From positions 19,160,001-19,224,000 of the forward strand of contig CM052832.1 of assembly GCA_028534125.1 (NCBI GenBank): a stretch of DNA of 64,000 bases. Direction: 5' to 3'. The stretch's first letter is position 1; each line of letters opens with the position of its first letter. The notes under the pieces are model-generated. The model had not been told where the DNA came from, made no database searches, and worked only from the letters and a program-made list of their open reading frames with translations. Position numbers and translations under genes: made by a program. Positions 1 to 12,584 of the stretch are shown piece by piece. Source of the DNA: Lama glama. Lineage: Eukaryota.

Positions 1-700
1 GTGAGAGCGAGCTGAATCCGCAATCCGGGAACTTAGTTTTTTTTTCTTGGGGGGTGGGGTGGGCATACTTTAAAAAGTAATTTAATATTAACGCAACTAT
101 TTTCTTTTCTTCTCACTGATCCTTCCCATTTATTCTTTCCCGCCTCCTCTACCCGGGCGGGGATTGTTTCCACGATGAAATGAGTGAAAACCCGAGTGAT
201 CCAGTGTCTCCCGTGGTGCGAGTGAGTCGCTGCCGCTGAAGGCAAAGGGTGGGGGTGGGACCTGGGGGGTGGAAGACAGGTGGTCCCCGGGCACGGCCTG
301 GGATTTGGGAAAAGAACCCGCCACCTTTGCCTCAGCCATGCTCACAAGAAGATAAGTCGCGCTCCCCACGATCTTGCACGGGGGCAACTCATAGGGAAGG
401 CTCCCTCGGGGAATGTAGGACTCATTGCAGGACTGGGGGTGTTGGGGTCCCGGGCATTAATCAGGTCTAACCACAGAGCCGGAATCATTATATCGTATTA
501 TATACCCCCTTTCCCTCTGCCATCATGATTCTCCTTGGCAGCAGCATTAGCAGCCGCCTGCGGGTGAAAATGTGGGTGATGGGGAAGTTGGTAATGACTC
601 CGCTGTTTTTTCTTATGGCTCCTTTGGGCAACAGCTGCCCGCCCCCGGTATACACTGTAGTTGATTGCAGGGAAACCCTGTACCTCTCCCCTTCCTTCTC
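1..700. promoter_or_regulatory. GC/CpG-enriched region upstream of C6orf62 (promoter or edge of a CpG island)
   Basis: Many more CpGs and G-runs than the AT-rich sequence after ~1600; lies directly upstream of the first coding exon. TSS cannot be located. Confidence 0.55.
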
Positions 701-1432
701 TACCGATTTTGCACTTTTCTCTTTGCTCACCACCAAGTGTAATCAATAACAAGCACTGACAATACATAGCAATAGTGAAATCTGAAATAACTAAGAATTA
801 GGTACTACAGCCATGGATCTGGCTGGGTAAAATCCAATTGGATATTTCAGTTTCATTCACCTACCCTGTTTTTGGTGTTTTGGGGGGGTTATTTTGGTGG
901 TATTTTTTTTTCCTTTTTTTTTCTTTTTTGGTATTTGGAAAGCAAGGATCACACTTCCCCCTTCCCACTCCTTTTCATAATCCTTTCTCTAAAAAAAGGG
1001 GAAAAAAATCCGGATGGATTTTAAGGATTGGACTGGTGTCAGCTGTGTTTTATTGCACACCTAAATCCTGATAATAGTTTTTTCATTCCCCCACCTTTAT
1101 TTTGGCAGTTAAGCCAAATGTGTTTTCCAAAAAATTAGTTCAAGTATTTTCTGCTCTTTCTTTCCTTCCTCCCCTTCCTTTTTCCCATCCAACCCCAAAC
1201 GTTATTGTCCAGACATGACTGGACAGCAGCTTTTGTTTCTTGCCCCTGTAATATGACAGTCTGCTAATATTGCCAGAAGGTGCAGTTTTTGGGTTACAGT
1301 CGTGATTTTAGCTATTCAATCATATTAGCAGGAAAAAAAATGACTTGTTTCTGTTGTACTTGAGTCTTAAGAAAAAGTGCCCATAGTTTAGTGACAATTT
1401 CCAAAGGCTTTAGTACCACCTGTATTTCAAAA

Positions 1433-1561
1433 ATGGGGGACCCAAACTCCCGGAAGAAACAAGCTCTGAACAGACTACGTGCTCAGCTTAGAAAGAAAAA
1501 AGAATCTCTAGCTGACCAGTTTGACTTCAAGATGTATATTGCCTTTGTATTCAAGGAGAAG
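1433..1561 (+). CDS. C6orf62: C6orf62 homolog, coding exon 1 ([43 protein letters not shown])
   Basis: ATG at 1433, 43 codons, donor AAG|gtaatt at 1562; peptide matches the recalled C6orf62 N-terminus. Confidence 0.95.
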
Positions 1562-3393
1562 GTAATTTAAAGTTCTTAATATGAATTAGCACAAGTGATT
1601 TTTGTAAGTGTATAAAGTTGTTAGGTTAAAGAGTCGTTGGCAAAAGTCTACATCTGTCTACTATAACTTTGACCCTTACGGTTAATTATCTGAATAGATG
1701 GAGTTGCGGGGTAGTGAATGGAAGGCTTGAGTACTGATTGGTTTCGAAATACTTAATTCTAAAGCTTAGTAGGATCCACTTTTACTTAACAGGGAGTGGA
1801 TAGCATTGTAAAACTCTTCATTTATGTTTTACAACAAATTTCATTTATGTAGAGTTACATAGAGAACTTGATAATTGAATTTAAAGATTGTCTAAAGTGT
1901 TACAGGATGTTTGAAAGTAGTAAATTAGAATCAAAATGTTTATGTGCAAAAAGCAGTCTTCATCTCCATGTTGTAGATACTTTTTCTCATGGTACAGTTA
2001 ATGAAAGAATAAATAGAATGAAATAGAATGCACTTTTAAGTTTTAGGAGCAATTTTTTAATGGTTACTTTAAAAGGTTAATTTAATGGTTAATTAAATTA
2101 GTATTTAGAATTAATTAATTAATAAGTGTTTAGAATTGCAATTTATTAAAATTCAGAATGACCAAAAAGTTAAAAAATTTTTTTTGGTCTTTATCAGTGT
2201 TAATTCTACGGTTAAGTAGCAAATAATGAATTATGAGTAGTCAAGGAGAACATGATAAAAGCAGGGGTTTTTTGGGGTTTTTTTGTGACTTAAAATAATG
2301 GATAATTTCTTATATAATCGATCTCTGTGTAACCTGAGGTTAGATTATAAATAGTAAGGAAATACTGCTTTGATTTTGTGCTTAAATTATGAGCTAATTT
2401 GACATCAGAAACATTTTAGTGTGATATGTATGTAATAATATTTGAATGTTTCCCAGGTTTTTTCCCCACTCTTAAGGTTATTAATATTAAGAATGCTCTT
2501 AGCTGCTAGAGTATAGCATCGTAAAGTGGTTTCAAAAGTGGTTTGTTTTGAATTGATTGTCCCAATATTGGGTATTATCACAGATTTACTCCTTTTTTTT
2601 CTTTCTTTTATTAATAAGTTGACTGCAGAATTGATTAGATTTTAGTTGAAGCTATTAAACTTAAGTTCACTAGGAAAAAATACAAGATACTAGTAAGATT
2701 AGATCTTTATGTTTAATCTGTTAGATGTCCCAAATTATATTATCTAGTTATTTTAACACCTATGAAAACCTGCTTTTCTATGACTGGACAGTATCCAGGC
2801 AGTTGTCCTGAGCAGCTCTTGAATTTTATAACCTAAATTGATGATAAGCCCTTGGTCTTAACTAAATTTTTAGGTTTGTAGACATTTTTTCTCCTGTTGA
2901 ATATTGACACTTGTAGTTATATAGTATCCAGAAAAAGTAATGGAAATTGACCCTTTCAAGGAGTAAAATAGTTAATTTGTCTGAAGAGCTTTGTTTTTAA
3001 ACTGAGATTTTAATTTAGCTTATAGCTACATAATTTAATTTAGTATGTAGAACCAGTTGAATGAAATTACATCGAGAGTAAATCACTGAGTTGTTTTTGT
3101 TTCTCACAGCATTTAGGAAATACTGTCTAAGTATTTTCTATGGATACCATAATGCTGTAAAAGCATGCAGTTAAACATTCTGATAGTAGCCTGTTTGTGT
3201 GTGGCTGGGGAGTAAGAGGTTTGGGGGAAGAACCGAAGGTTCCACCTATTTAAAAATCTGTTTTCAGTACCAAAATTACTTCAGTTAAGGATTATGCTGA
3301 GTTAGAATAAAGATACATGACATTGTAATATGAACTCTGGGTGTTAAGAGATGGTGTGCTACTGGTGGGTTAATACACTTTTTTTTCTTTTAG

Positions 3394-3570
3394 AAGAAAA
3401 AATCGGCACTTTTTGAAGTGTCTGAGGTTATACCAGTCATGACAAATAATTATGAAGAAAATATCCTGAAAGGTGTGCGAGATTCCAGCTATTCCTTAGA
3501 AAGTTCCATAGAGCTTTTACAGAAGGATGTGGTACAGCTCCATGCTCCTCGATACCAGTCTATGAGAAGG
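3394..3570 (+). CDS. C6orf62: C6orf62 coding exon 2 (KKKSALFEV...PRYQSMRR)
   Basis: Polypyrimidine tract + tag acceptor at 3391-3393, 177 nt, donor gtaaat at 3571; overlaps ORF 3418..3618. Confidence 0.95.
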
Positions 3571-3601
3571 GTAAATTCTGTTTTTAAGTCTTTGTTTTGT
3601 T

Positions 3602-3750
3602 TGGGGGGTGGTAATTAGGTTTAGTTACTTGTTTTGTTTGTGGGTTATTTTGAGGGGGGGATAATTAGGTTTATTTATTTATTTTTTAACAGAGGTACTG
3701 GGGAATTGAACCCAGGATCTCATGCATGCTAGCCACATACTCTATTCACC
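3602..3750 (-). mobile_element. tRNA-Ala-derived SINE (vic-1-like), degenerate head, duplicated tail module
   Basis: gaggtactggggaattgaacccagg...catgctag core; taattaggttta module present twice. Confidence 0.8.
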
Positions 3751-4482
3751 TCTTATTTTTCAGGCTTGATTTTGGTAGATTTTTGTGACTTGAGCTTGCA
3801 GTTTTTTTCCCCTCTCTCCAAAGAATAGGTGGTTAACTATAGTCATGAATCTCCTTCAAAGTTGAATTTAAATAAAATGTGGATAACTGTCTTAGGTGTT
3901 CTTATGTTGTAATGGTGTACATTACTGCTATGATTAATGTTTTATATTACTGTTCAGTGGGGTTTCCTTTTTCAAGGGAGAAAGAGCATCATGCCCCTTA
4001 TAAATAAGAAACTTGAAGGTATTGATGCCAGCCTTCTAAACTTTGGCAACTCATTGAAAGTTAGTCTGGGCAAACTTGAACAAGAGTTCTCCATAATTAG
4101 TGGGCTCAGGGGCAGGCTGAAGATAACCATGTACTGGTCTGGAAGGGGTTAATTGGTCTCAATAATCTGCATTTAACAAAAACAGCATTTTAGTTGTAAT
4201 AAAAAAGTAGTGATTCATATTAGAAGTTCCAAGACATCTTTGCTTAAATAGGTTCTGATTTTGAAGACTGGAAATAATGGTACAGGGACTTTAAAAAAAA
4301 AAATTAGAGCTTTAGTTGGAATTTTCCCCCATGCACTGATGAGTTTAGATCTTGGTGTGAAGAACACTGGACTTGGTGGCTGTATATGGACTCTACAGGA
4401 TAAAAGTTAGAATTAGGTCATGAGCTATTCAGATTGTATACAGTCCTATTACTATTACCGTTTTAAGATATAAAATGATACA

Positions 4483-4712
4483 CAGTTGACCCTTGAACAA
4501 CACGAATTTGCAGCAACTGCAAGGGTCTGCTTATACTTGGATTTTTTTTTTTTTTTTTTTTTTTTTTGATGAGTACTACTCAGTCTACAGTTGGTTTAAT
4601 CCACGGATGTGGAACTGCAAATGGGGGCGAGGGGCTGGCTGTAAAGTTATATGCAGAAATTTTGACTGTGTGGTTGGTGTCTCTAATGCTCAAGTTGTTT
4701 GAGGGTCAGCTG
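4483..4712. mobile_element. Tigger2/MER8-like non-autonomous DNA transposon (MITE)
   Basis: TIRs cagttgacccttgaacaac (4483-4501) and gttgtttgagggtcagctg (4694-4712), followed by TA. Confidence 0.8.
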
Positions 4713-4834
4713 TATAATGGACCTTTTGCACTTACGAAATGTTTCTACAGGCAGGCAAGCCGTGTAATTTGTGCATTGCTTGTTATGGCTTTGTTTCTTT
4801 GAAAGTAATTTTTTTTGTTGTTGTTATTTTATAG

Positions 4835-4957
4835 GATGTAATTGGCTGTACTCAGGAGATGGATTTCATTCTTTGGCCACGGAATGATATTGAAAAAATT
4901 GTCTGTCTCCTGTTTTCTAGGTGGAAGGAATCTGATGAGCCTTTTAGGCCTGTTCAG
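4835..4957 (+). CDS. C6orf62: C6orf62 coding exon 3 ([11 protein letters not shown]...PFRPVQ)
   Basis: Acceptor ttatag|, 123 nt, phase 0, donor CAG|gtattc. Confidence 0.95.
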
Positions 4958-6237
4958 GTATTCTATTCTAAAACAAGTGTGGTGAACACATAAATAAGTG
5001 AAAATTCCTAGAATAGGGTCTCATTTAAGAAATTCTCTGGCAGTATGCTTTCTAGTAAGTTTTATTTCATGAGTCTCTCTTGGCCTTTTGGCTATTGTAA
5101 TGCAAGAGGAGGAAGCATTTGGCGTATAGAATCTCTTGAGAATAGGTGGTTCTAACTACCCAGTATGTCTTTGAAATTATGGTCAGAAAATCTTTTAGGG
5201 TAGAAATTTGTTGATTTATAGATGAACTTCAGAAAATCTCTTCCCCTGTACCACACACACTCCTGAAATACTTTATACCTAATCTTGGTTTTCAAAGAAA
5301 TCTGATCTAAGAAGTGAGTTACAAAACCCTTTTCATTTTAGGGTTTTACAGATAACCACATCTTATTCTAGGAAAGATTTGAAACAAGTTAGGTTTTATA
5401 TGTGCATGTGCTTGTCCTCTTCAGCAAGACAAGCAACCTTAAGGTTGCGATAATCTTATTCATGTTTTTCGTGATCTAATAACATGCTTTTCATATACTA
5501 AAAGTTCAATAAATATTTGAATTGTGAAGAGATACAATTCAATATTATATTTTACATCCAATGCTATTTAGGGATACCATGTCATATTTTATGTTATGGC
5601 TTATAAGAAAAGCTATTGGGTAGTAAAACCCTGGATAGCAGGAACTGTTGGAATTTTTTTTCCATGTTAGTATTTTCTGCTGTCTGACATAGAAGGAGAA
5701 TAAAGATTGTTTGAACTAAATGGACTAATAATCATTTTTACAATTGAGTATCTAAATATCAGATTGTTTAAGGTTTCCTGGTTTCTTGAATTCTCTGTTA
5801 GCCTGGTCTTTTTCACCTGGTATTTGGCTTCTTTATAGACATTTTGTGGGAGGATGGAGTTAATCTTCCTTATGTTAAAAGATTAAAAGACTATCATGAC
5901 TGACTTGATAATGTCTTCATAACTTAAAATTTTTTTAAATAATAAAATTGGACATAAACACTTAAAAATTTCGAGGGATTCCTATATCCTCAGAAGCCCA
6001 TCTGAATGAGAACTAGCCCTGTATTTCAGGTGTGGGCTTTACATTTTGTTTATTCCTCTAAACTGATGGGTTAGAGCCCTTTTATAAGTGAGAGAGCTGA
6101 AGTTTAGTAAAGTTAAGGGATTTGCACAGATCACTAAGTAGTAAAATATGCAGCTGGGATTGGAAAAGATTTCTTTGACTATTAGAATTTAGTCACTTTG
6201 GTGCAGTTTTTCTTGAAAGTCAAATTATATGATGAAA

Positions 6238-6470
6238 TGTCATCCAGTAGAACTTTCTGTGATGAAGGAAATGTTCTGTATCTCAAGAGACTATTCAGAA
6301 TGGTGGCCACTTGCCACTTGTGACTATTGAGCATTTGAAATGTAGCTAGTGCTACTGAAGAACTGAATTTTAAATTCACCTATGTCAAAGAATTTTAAAT
6401 TGCATTTAGTTAATACAAATTTAAGTAGCCACTGTTGGTTACCATATTGTATTGGACAGTGTAATTAGTT
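6238..6470. mobile_element. MER3/MER33-like hAT-Charlie remnant
   Basis: ccagtagaactttctgtgatgaaggaaatgttctgtatc...gaggaactgaatttt-type text ending attggacagtg; family name from memory. Confidence 0.65.
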
Positions 6471-6543
6471 GCATATGGGTGCAGTAGACATTTCAGGTAG
6501 TGTAATATGTTTGTAATTATAAATGTTTATATTTCTTAATTAG

Positions 6544-6678
6544 GCCAAATTTGAATTTCATCACGGTGACTATGAAAAACAGTTTTTGCATGTACTGAGC
6601 CGAAAGGACAAGACTGGAATTGTTGTCAACAATCCTAACCAGTCAGTGTTTCTCTTCATTGACAGACAGCACTTGCAG
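6544..6678 (+). CDS. C6orf62: C6orf62 coding exon 4 ([12 protein letters not shown]...DRQHLQ)
   Basis: Acceptor aattag|, 135 nt, phase 0, donor CAG|gtaagc. Confidence 0.95.
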
Positions 6679-8157
6679 GTAAGCTGGGGTTTTTTTGTTT
6701 GTTTTCTTTTTAAAACCATGTAAGACTCATTTTAAAAGCTGTTGGTTAGTAAACTGTTTTCTGTATAAGTTACTTAATTCTATTTTGTCCCTTCAACATT
6801 GCATTAGTTTTGAAGTTACTTAAAAACCAAGAAACGTATCCTGAGCCTCACCCTAAAACAACGGTTCCCGAAGGTTGCTGCGTATTAGAACCACCTGGGG
6901 AGCTTTTTAAAAGTCATGATTCCAGTGTACAGTACTCAGAATTTGCATTTTGAACAAAATCAATCCTCAGGTGATTGATAACATTTTGAGAAGCACTGGC
7001 TTGAACCTTTTAAAGAAATATCTAAAGGGTAAGGCACATCTGTATTTAAAAGTTCCTCATGTGTTTTAAATAGGTATTTTCAATTTAAGTAGCAATCCAG
7101 GTATTCCAAACTGATTTTTATTCTGTAAAACATTGTTTATTCTTATCAATGTAAGCCTAAATATCATCACTTAGAATTTGTAGTAGATATAGATACTTTG
7201 TTACTAACCTTTAAAGATGGCATCATTTTAATTTACTGAACATTTCATTCAACAAATGAGTGCCTACTAAGTGCCAGGCATTGTACAGCAATGAACAAGG
7301 TAGGAATTCCTGTCCTTACTGGTTGACATTCCATTGTGGGAGACCGAGAAGTAGATAAGTAAAGTATGTAGTTAGATAGTGATAAGTGCTAAGAGGAAAG
7401 GAGGAGTTACATAAACTGTTGGGTATGAATTGTTAGTGTCACTGGAGAAGGCCTCATTGAGAAGGTGGTTTAAGTAAAGTTTTTTTTTAAAGTACAGTAT
7501 TAATTGCATTATAGGACATTTTTATCTAAGAGCGTGCCTGTACAAGGTACTAGCAAAATACAAATGTGAATCATATTGCCACCTTCAGGGAGCTGATAGA
7601 CAATACTTGGAAGATTGTACATTTTCTGTCATAAAAGTTAAATAATTATGGCATAGGTACAAATTAGAAATTACAGAAGAGAATTAATTTCACTGGAAGC
7701 ATTTGATGAAACTCATGTTAAAAAAAAACCATATAACTTAGGTGGCATGTTTCTTGGTTTTTGGCTTTGTTTTCAGTTTCTTCTTTACCTTAGCTCTCCT
7801 GTGGTGGCTCCTTTTTAGTTGACTCTTCTCCTTTTTAATTGCTTGCTATGTACTTTCATTTGAGTTACTTGGTATTGACTTATATCATGGAATCCACAGT
7901 AGAGATTTTTAGTTACGAACTGTTTAATAATGACATATACTAGTGTAGAGACTTCATTTTCACATGAATATATATGAAATTGTTAATAATATACAGAAAT
8001 GTCTAGTGACTTGAAGGAGTTTCTTGGCTGAATAAGTAGCATATCATCCCTTTTGTGTATCAAGGTCAGATATCTTTAATGCCTTATGAAGCAAACAGCT
8101 TGAATCCTTTTAATGAAAAGAAAATAATAAGCCCATAAGCTCCACTTGGGTTGTAGG

Positions 8158-8269
8158 TAGGGTGACCAACAGTCTCAGTTTGTCTGGAATGTCCTGGTTT
8201 TAGCACTGGAAGTGCCAAGTTCTAGAAACCCCTCAGTCCTAGGCAAACTGGGATGGTTGGTCCACCCTA
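8158..8269. mobile_element. MER81-like hAT MITE
   Basis: TIRs tagggtgaccaac...gttggtccacccta, ~112 bp, internally palindromic. Confidence 0.8.
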
Positions 8270-8440
8270 GTTGGAGATGGATTTGGTCCTCCGTGCTCTT
8301 GGTCCCCTTCTTCCACTCAGGTTCTGTTCTTCATCTTCATAAGCTGGTGGTAAGTTACTGTATTTGCATAATACGGAAGAATCAACCTCCACTGGTTCAT
8401 GAGGGAACTGATGATAGTTGTGGCCACCACACGTTGTATA

Positions 8441-10101
8441 CATTTGACACTTGAACAACATAGGGGTTAAGGGTGCCGACAACCTGTATAGTCGACAGCC
8501 TGTGTATAACTTTTTTTAATAGACATATAGTTAATTTACAGTGTTGTGTTTCTGATGTACAGCAGTGTGATTCAGTTATACATATTATATAATCTCCATT
8601 ATAAGTTCTTACAAGCTATTAAATAGTTCCCTGTGCTGTACAGTAGGACCTTATCTATTTATTCTGTATATAGTAGTTTGTATCTGTTATCCCAAACTCT
8701 TTATTTTATCTCTCCCCCTTTTCCCCTTTGGTAACCCTAAGTTTGTTTTCTGTGTCTGTGAGTCTTTCTGTTTTGTAAATAAGTTCATTTGTATCATATT
8801 TTAGATTCCACATACACATGATATATGATATTTGTCTTTATCTGACTTACTTCACTTAGTATGATAATCTCTAGGTCCATCCATGTTGCTGCAGATGGCA
8901 TTACTTTATTCTTTCTTATGGCTCATATTCCACGGTGTATCTGTGTACCCCATATCTTTATCCATTCATCTGTCAATGGACATTTGTGTATAACTTTTGA
9001 CTCCCCCAAAACTTAGTCTACTGTTGAAGCCTTTCTGGTAACATAAACAGTTGACTAACATGTATTTTGTGTTATATATTATAACATTATATGTATTATA
9101 CACATTACATATATTATGTGTATATATTACATATATTTGTGTATTATGTATTATATGTGTTGTATTATAACACTATTATATGTGTTGTATTATAACACAT
9201 ATATGTATTATATATTGTATTACAGTTAAGCTAAAGAACAAACTGTTAAGGTCATAAGAAAATACATTTATGTTACTGTACTGTATTTATTGATACCTAA
9301 GTGTATTGTTTATTTACAAGATGAATTGTCTGTCAGTACCTACAACAGTATTGTCTTATATGATGCAAAACACTATAGGTGTTGTATGTATTACTAACAC
9401 TAGACATCAAAAAAGATGTGAAAAAGAAATACATATATTTGTAAGTACAATGATCCATATATTGATAATAAAGAAGTGCAATACGATTGCTTTATGGCAG
9501 CCTAGTGTAGTCGATGTGATGGCTTCATGATAGCCTAGCCTATCTACTAATGAATGAATCCTTATGGCATACAGTATTACAGTCATATTCATAATGCAGT
9601 ATTAGTAACAATATTTTTTAAAAGCAAAGCAGTAAAACAAAACTGACATTACTAGTTTTATATTAAATATCACTCACCTTAACGCCTGTATAAGGATAGA
9701 CTAGTATTTGCAGTTGACCTTAGACCAACATAGGTTTGAACTGTGTGGATCCGGTTATATGCAGATTTTTCTCAATAAATACAGATGCAGTACTGTGCAA
9801 TCCATGGTTGCTTGAATCCATTGATCTGGAGCCATGTATATGGAGGGCAGACTGTAAATTATGTGCAGGTTTTGATCCGTATAGGATCAGCACCCTAACC
9901 CCTGTGTTGTTCACAGGTTATGCATTCATGACATAACTTTTTCTTTTTCTTTTTCCCTTTTTTTTTTTTGATATTTCTAGACTGTGTGGTTTGCAAGGTT
10001 TTTTAAATATATTAATTTGCAAGGTTTTTCCAGTATATTAATTGAAAAAAATTTGCCTGTAAGTGGACCCTAGCAGTTCAAACCCATGTTCAAGGCTCAA
10101 C
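8441..10101. mobile_element. Tigger2-like element interrupted by an L1 3' end (8515-8984) and a MER8-like MITE (9711-9922)
   Basis: Degenerate TIRs catttgacacttgaacaac (8441) and tgttcaaggctcaac (~10087-10101); inner cagttgaccttagaccaac...gttgttcacaggtt. Confidence 0.65.
8515..8984 (-). mobile_element. 5'-truncated LINE-1 3' end with 14-bp TSD
   Basis: L1 3'UTR antisense text (ctaggtccatccatgttgctgca...); TSD tgtgtataactttt at 8501-8514 and 8985-8998. Confidence 0.88.
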
Positions 10102-11211
10102 ATATTATGCACCAGACTGTATAGTAAGAGTTCTATGTATATGCACTTATTTAATCCTCACAACAGTCTTCTGAGGTGTGGATCTTACTACTCCCATATT
10201 ATGGCTAAGGAAATCAGGAAATTATGTAATTTGGTAAAAATCATCTAGCAGAGATCTTCTGCCCTTTATATTGGAATATCATATGTATGATACAGGCTAG
10301 ACCCAAAAAGCACCTCGAACGGGTGGTGGTATAGAGGCGCATGCCTAGAGTCTGGATTCTCATATACACGCAGCCTCTTACTGGCTGTGAGATCTTGGAC
10401 AAGTACTTCTGTGCACGTGTTCTTATAAATTAAGTAAATGATAGTCATAAGGTGGTTGTAACAGTTAAAATGAAAAAATATATGTGCATATGTATAGGTT
10501 CATTTACATATATGTAGACTGCTTCAGACATTGGCAAAGGCAATCTTCTTTTGCATATATTTTAGAGGTGCTATGGTGAAAGGAGGAACTTTGCAGGCAG
10601 TTCTGGGTTCAGATTCCATCTTCCACTTACTACCAGTGGTTATTTGTGAAAGCACCTCAGCACTTACCATAAGTTAGATGTTAAAATAGTAACTGCCTTT
10701 TAAAAATACTTAAAGGGCTTGATTTATCTGTTAATGTCTTGTCTTCTAGTCCTTTACCCCATGATATGGTTAAAGCTTTTTTTTTTTTAATCTATTTCTA
10801 ATCTTATCGTCTACTCTTCACCGCATCTGCTGTCTTTCTACACACAGATGTGACTTTGAACCTCTGTTCAACTCTATCTCCTTGAAATGCTTTTAATCCT
10901 GGTTTCTTTCAGCAAGTAGTCTGTTTGACTTTTCTCACTTTTTATTTTTATTCTGCATAAATTCTGTTAACAGTTATTTAGTTAATAATCATGTTTACTC
11001 TGGTTTTCTATGTTTTGTAAGGCAAGGTTTGTTTTCCTAACTAGATTAAGGGCCTTATGGATAGGGACCATAATGTCTTCTCTTACTCTATATACTTTAT
11101 CACTGTGTTCATAAGTGCTTAATAAATTATGAGAGATTGACTTCATGTGATAATTGGTCAGTTATGTTAAAATCTTTTTTATTAAGGATATTAAAATTTC
11201 TCCCCTTCTAG

Positions 11212-11337
11212 ACTCCAAAAAACAAAGCTACAATCTTCAAGTTATGCAGCATCTGCCTCTACCTGCCACAGGAACAGCTTACCCACTGGGCAGTTGGCAC
11301 CATAGAGGATCACCTCCATCCCTATATGCCAGAATAG
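11212..11337 (+). CDS. C6orf62: C6orf62 last coding exon ([12 protein letters not shown]...HPYMPE*)
   Basis: Acceptor ccttctag|, stop TAG at 11335-11337. The five exons total 229 aa and all introns are phase 0. Confidence 0.95.
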   Translation, partial: TPKNKATIFKLCSICLYLPQEQLTHWAVGTIEDHLHPYMPE

Positions 11338-12562
11338 AGTGCTGACCAGCAAAATGGAGAAGATCAGAGAGTGCAGCAGCAATTTTTTTTTCCTTGTTTT
11401 CTTACCACTTTATTCTTTCAGAGTTAAAGAAAATGGACTCATGCACAGAACACTATGCATTTTGAAACTTGCTGATCCTGGATTTTTTTTTTTAATCATT
11501 TGTATCTCAGAACTTAAAAAAATTAGATGTCTTCTGCACGGACTGTGTGAAAGAAGATGCTTTGCATATTTGCTGCACTGCATCAGCATCTTAACTAAAA
11601 ATGTGAAATGAAAGGACTATTGTACACTGAAATGCTTAAATGTATCTGCAAGCACAAGGTGATACTCATTTTTGATGGTCTTTCCATTTGTGCTGGTTTT
11701 TGCCTCTATGACATCTGTCATCAGTATTTGGAGGGTGAGAAATGAATGTAACAGGTGTAAGTAACATTTAAAAAACTTAATAGCTTTGCTATAATCACCG
11801 TTGTTCCAGAGCACTGTCAGATTCTAACGACCAGAAGTGGTTGTTTTAAAAAAAAAAAAAAAAGGAAAGAAAGAAAATACAACCATGGGGAAGAAGTCTT
11901 AAATGAAAAAAGCATCTCGTTGTAGGCATTCTTGCCATATATTACTGGGCCATGTTTGTTTCCTGGTACTCATAAATATATGTATTTTATTTCCAGATCT
12001 CTTTCCCCAAGTTGCTGTTATAAAAGAGTATTCTGCTGAGTGTGCATACAGTTACACATTAAAGCAGATCTGGAGTCTGAAGTAGCTAAGCAGCTATAAA
12101 ACTGAGAAGTACTCCCATAGCTGCAGAAACCATGATAGGTAGAGGACTTTCCTTTTGGTTTTTGTTTTGTTTTTTGGCTTTAAAGAGAAGAGATTTTTAT
12201 TACAAAGAAAAAATTCCAGTGAATTGTGCAGAAATACTGGTTTTTACACCATCCTAAAGAAAACTTATGAGGGTTTTTTGAAGTAGAAAAGTTACTAAAG
12301 TTGGGACCTTAAATTGTAAAAAACAACAACAAAAAAAATTGAGTGTCAAAGTTCTAAAAGCAGAACTCATTTTGTGCAATGAACATAAGGAAAGACTACT
12401 GTATAGTTTTTTTTGTTGTTTATTTTTTTCTTTTAAATGAAGAAAAGCTTTGCTTAAGGGTTGCATACTTTTATTGGAGTAAATCTGAATGATCCTACTC
12501 CTTTGGAGTAAAACTTAGTGCTTACTGGTTTCCGATTGTATTTAGCTTCTGGTTGGAATTTG

Positions 12563-12584
12563 AATAAATGAAAACCTAAATAAA
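12563..12584 (+). terminator. C6orf62: Candidate C6orf62 polyadenylation signals (two AATAAA)
   Basis: AATAAA at 12563-12568 and 12579-12584, ending a ~1.2 kb repeat-poor U-rich stretch after the stop. Confidence 0.6.

Noticed and set aside
2780..2791. 12-mer atgactggacag repeated from the C6orf62 uORF at 1215
   Set aside because: Short match with no flanking similarity; compatible with chance.
9060..9220. Array-like TA-rich repeats
   Set aside because: Degenerate low-complexity expansion inside a transposon; no regular repeat-spacer structure. Nothing CRISPR-like or prokaryotic was seen anywhere in the window.
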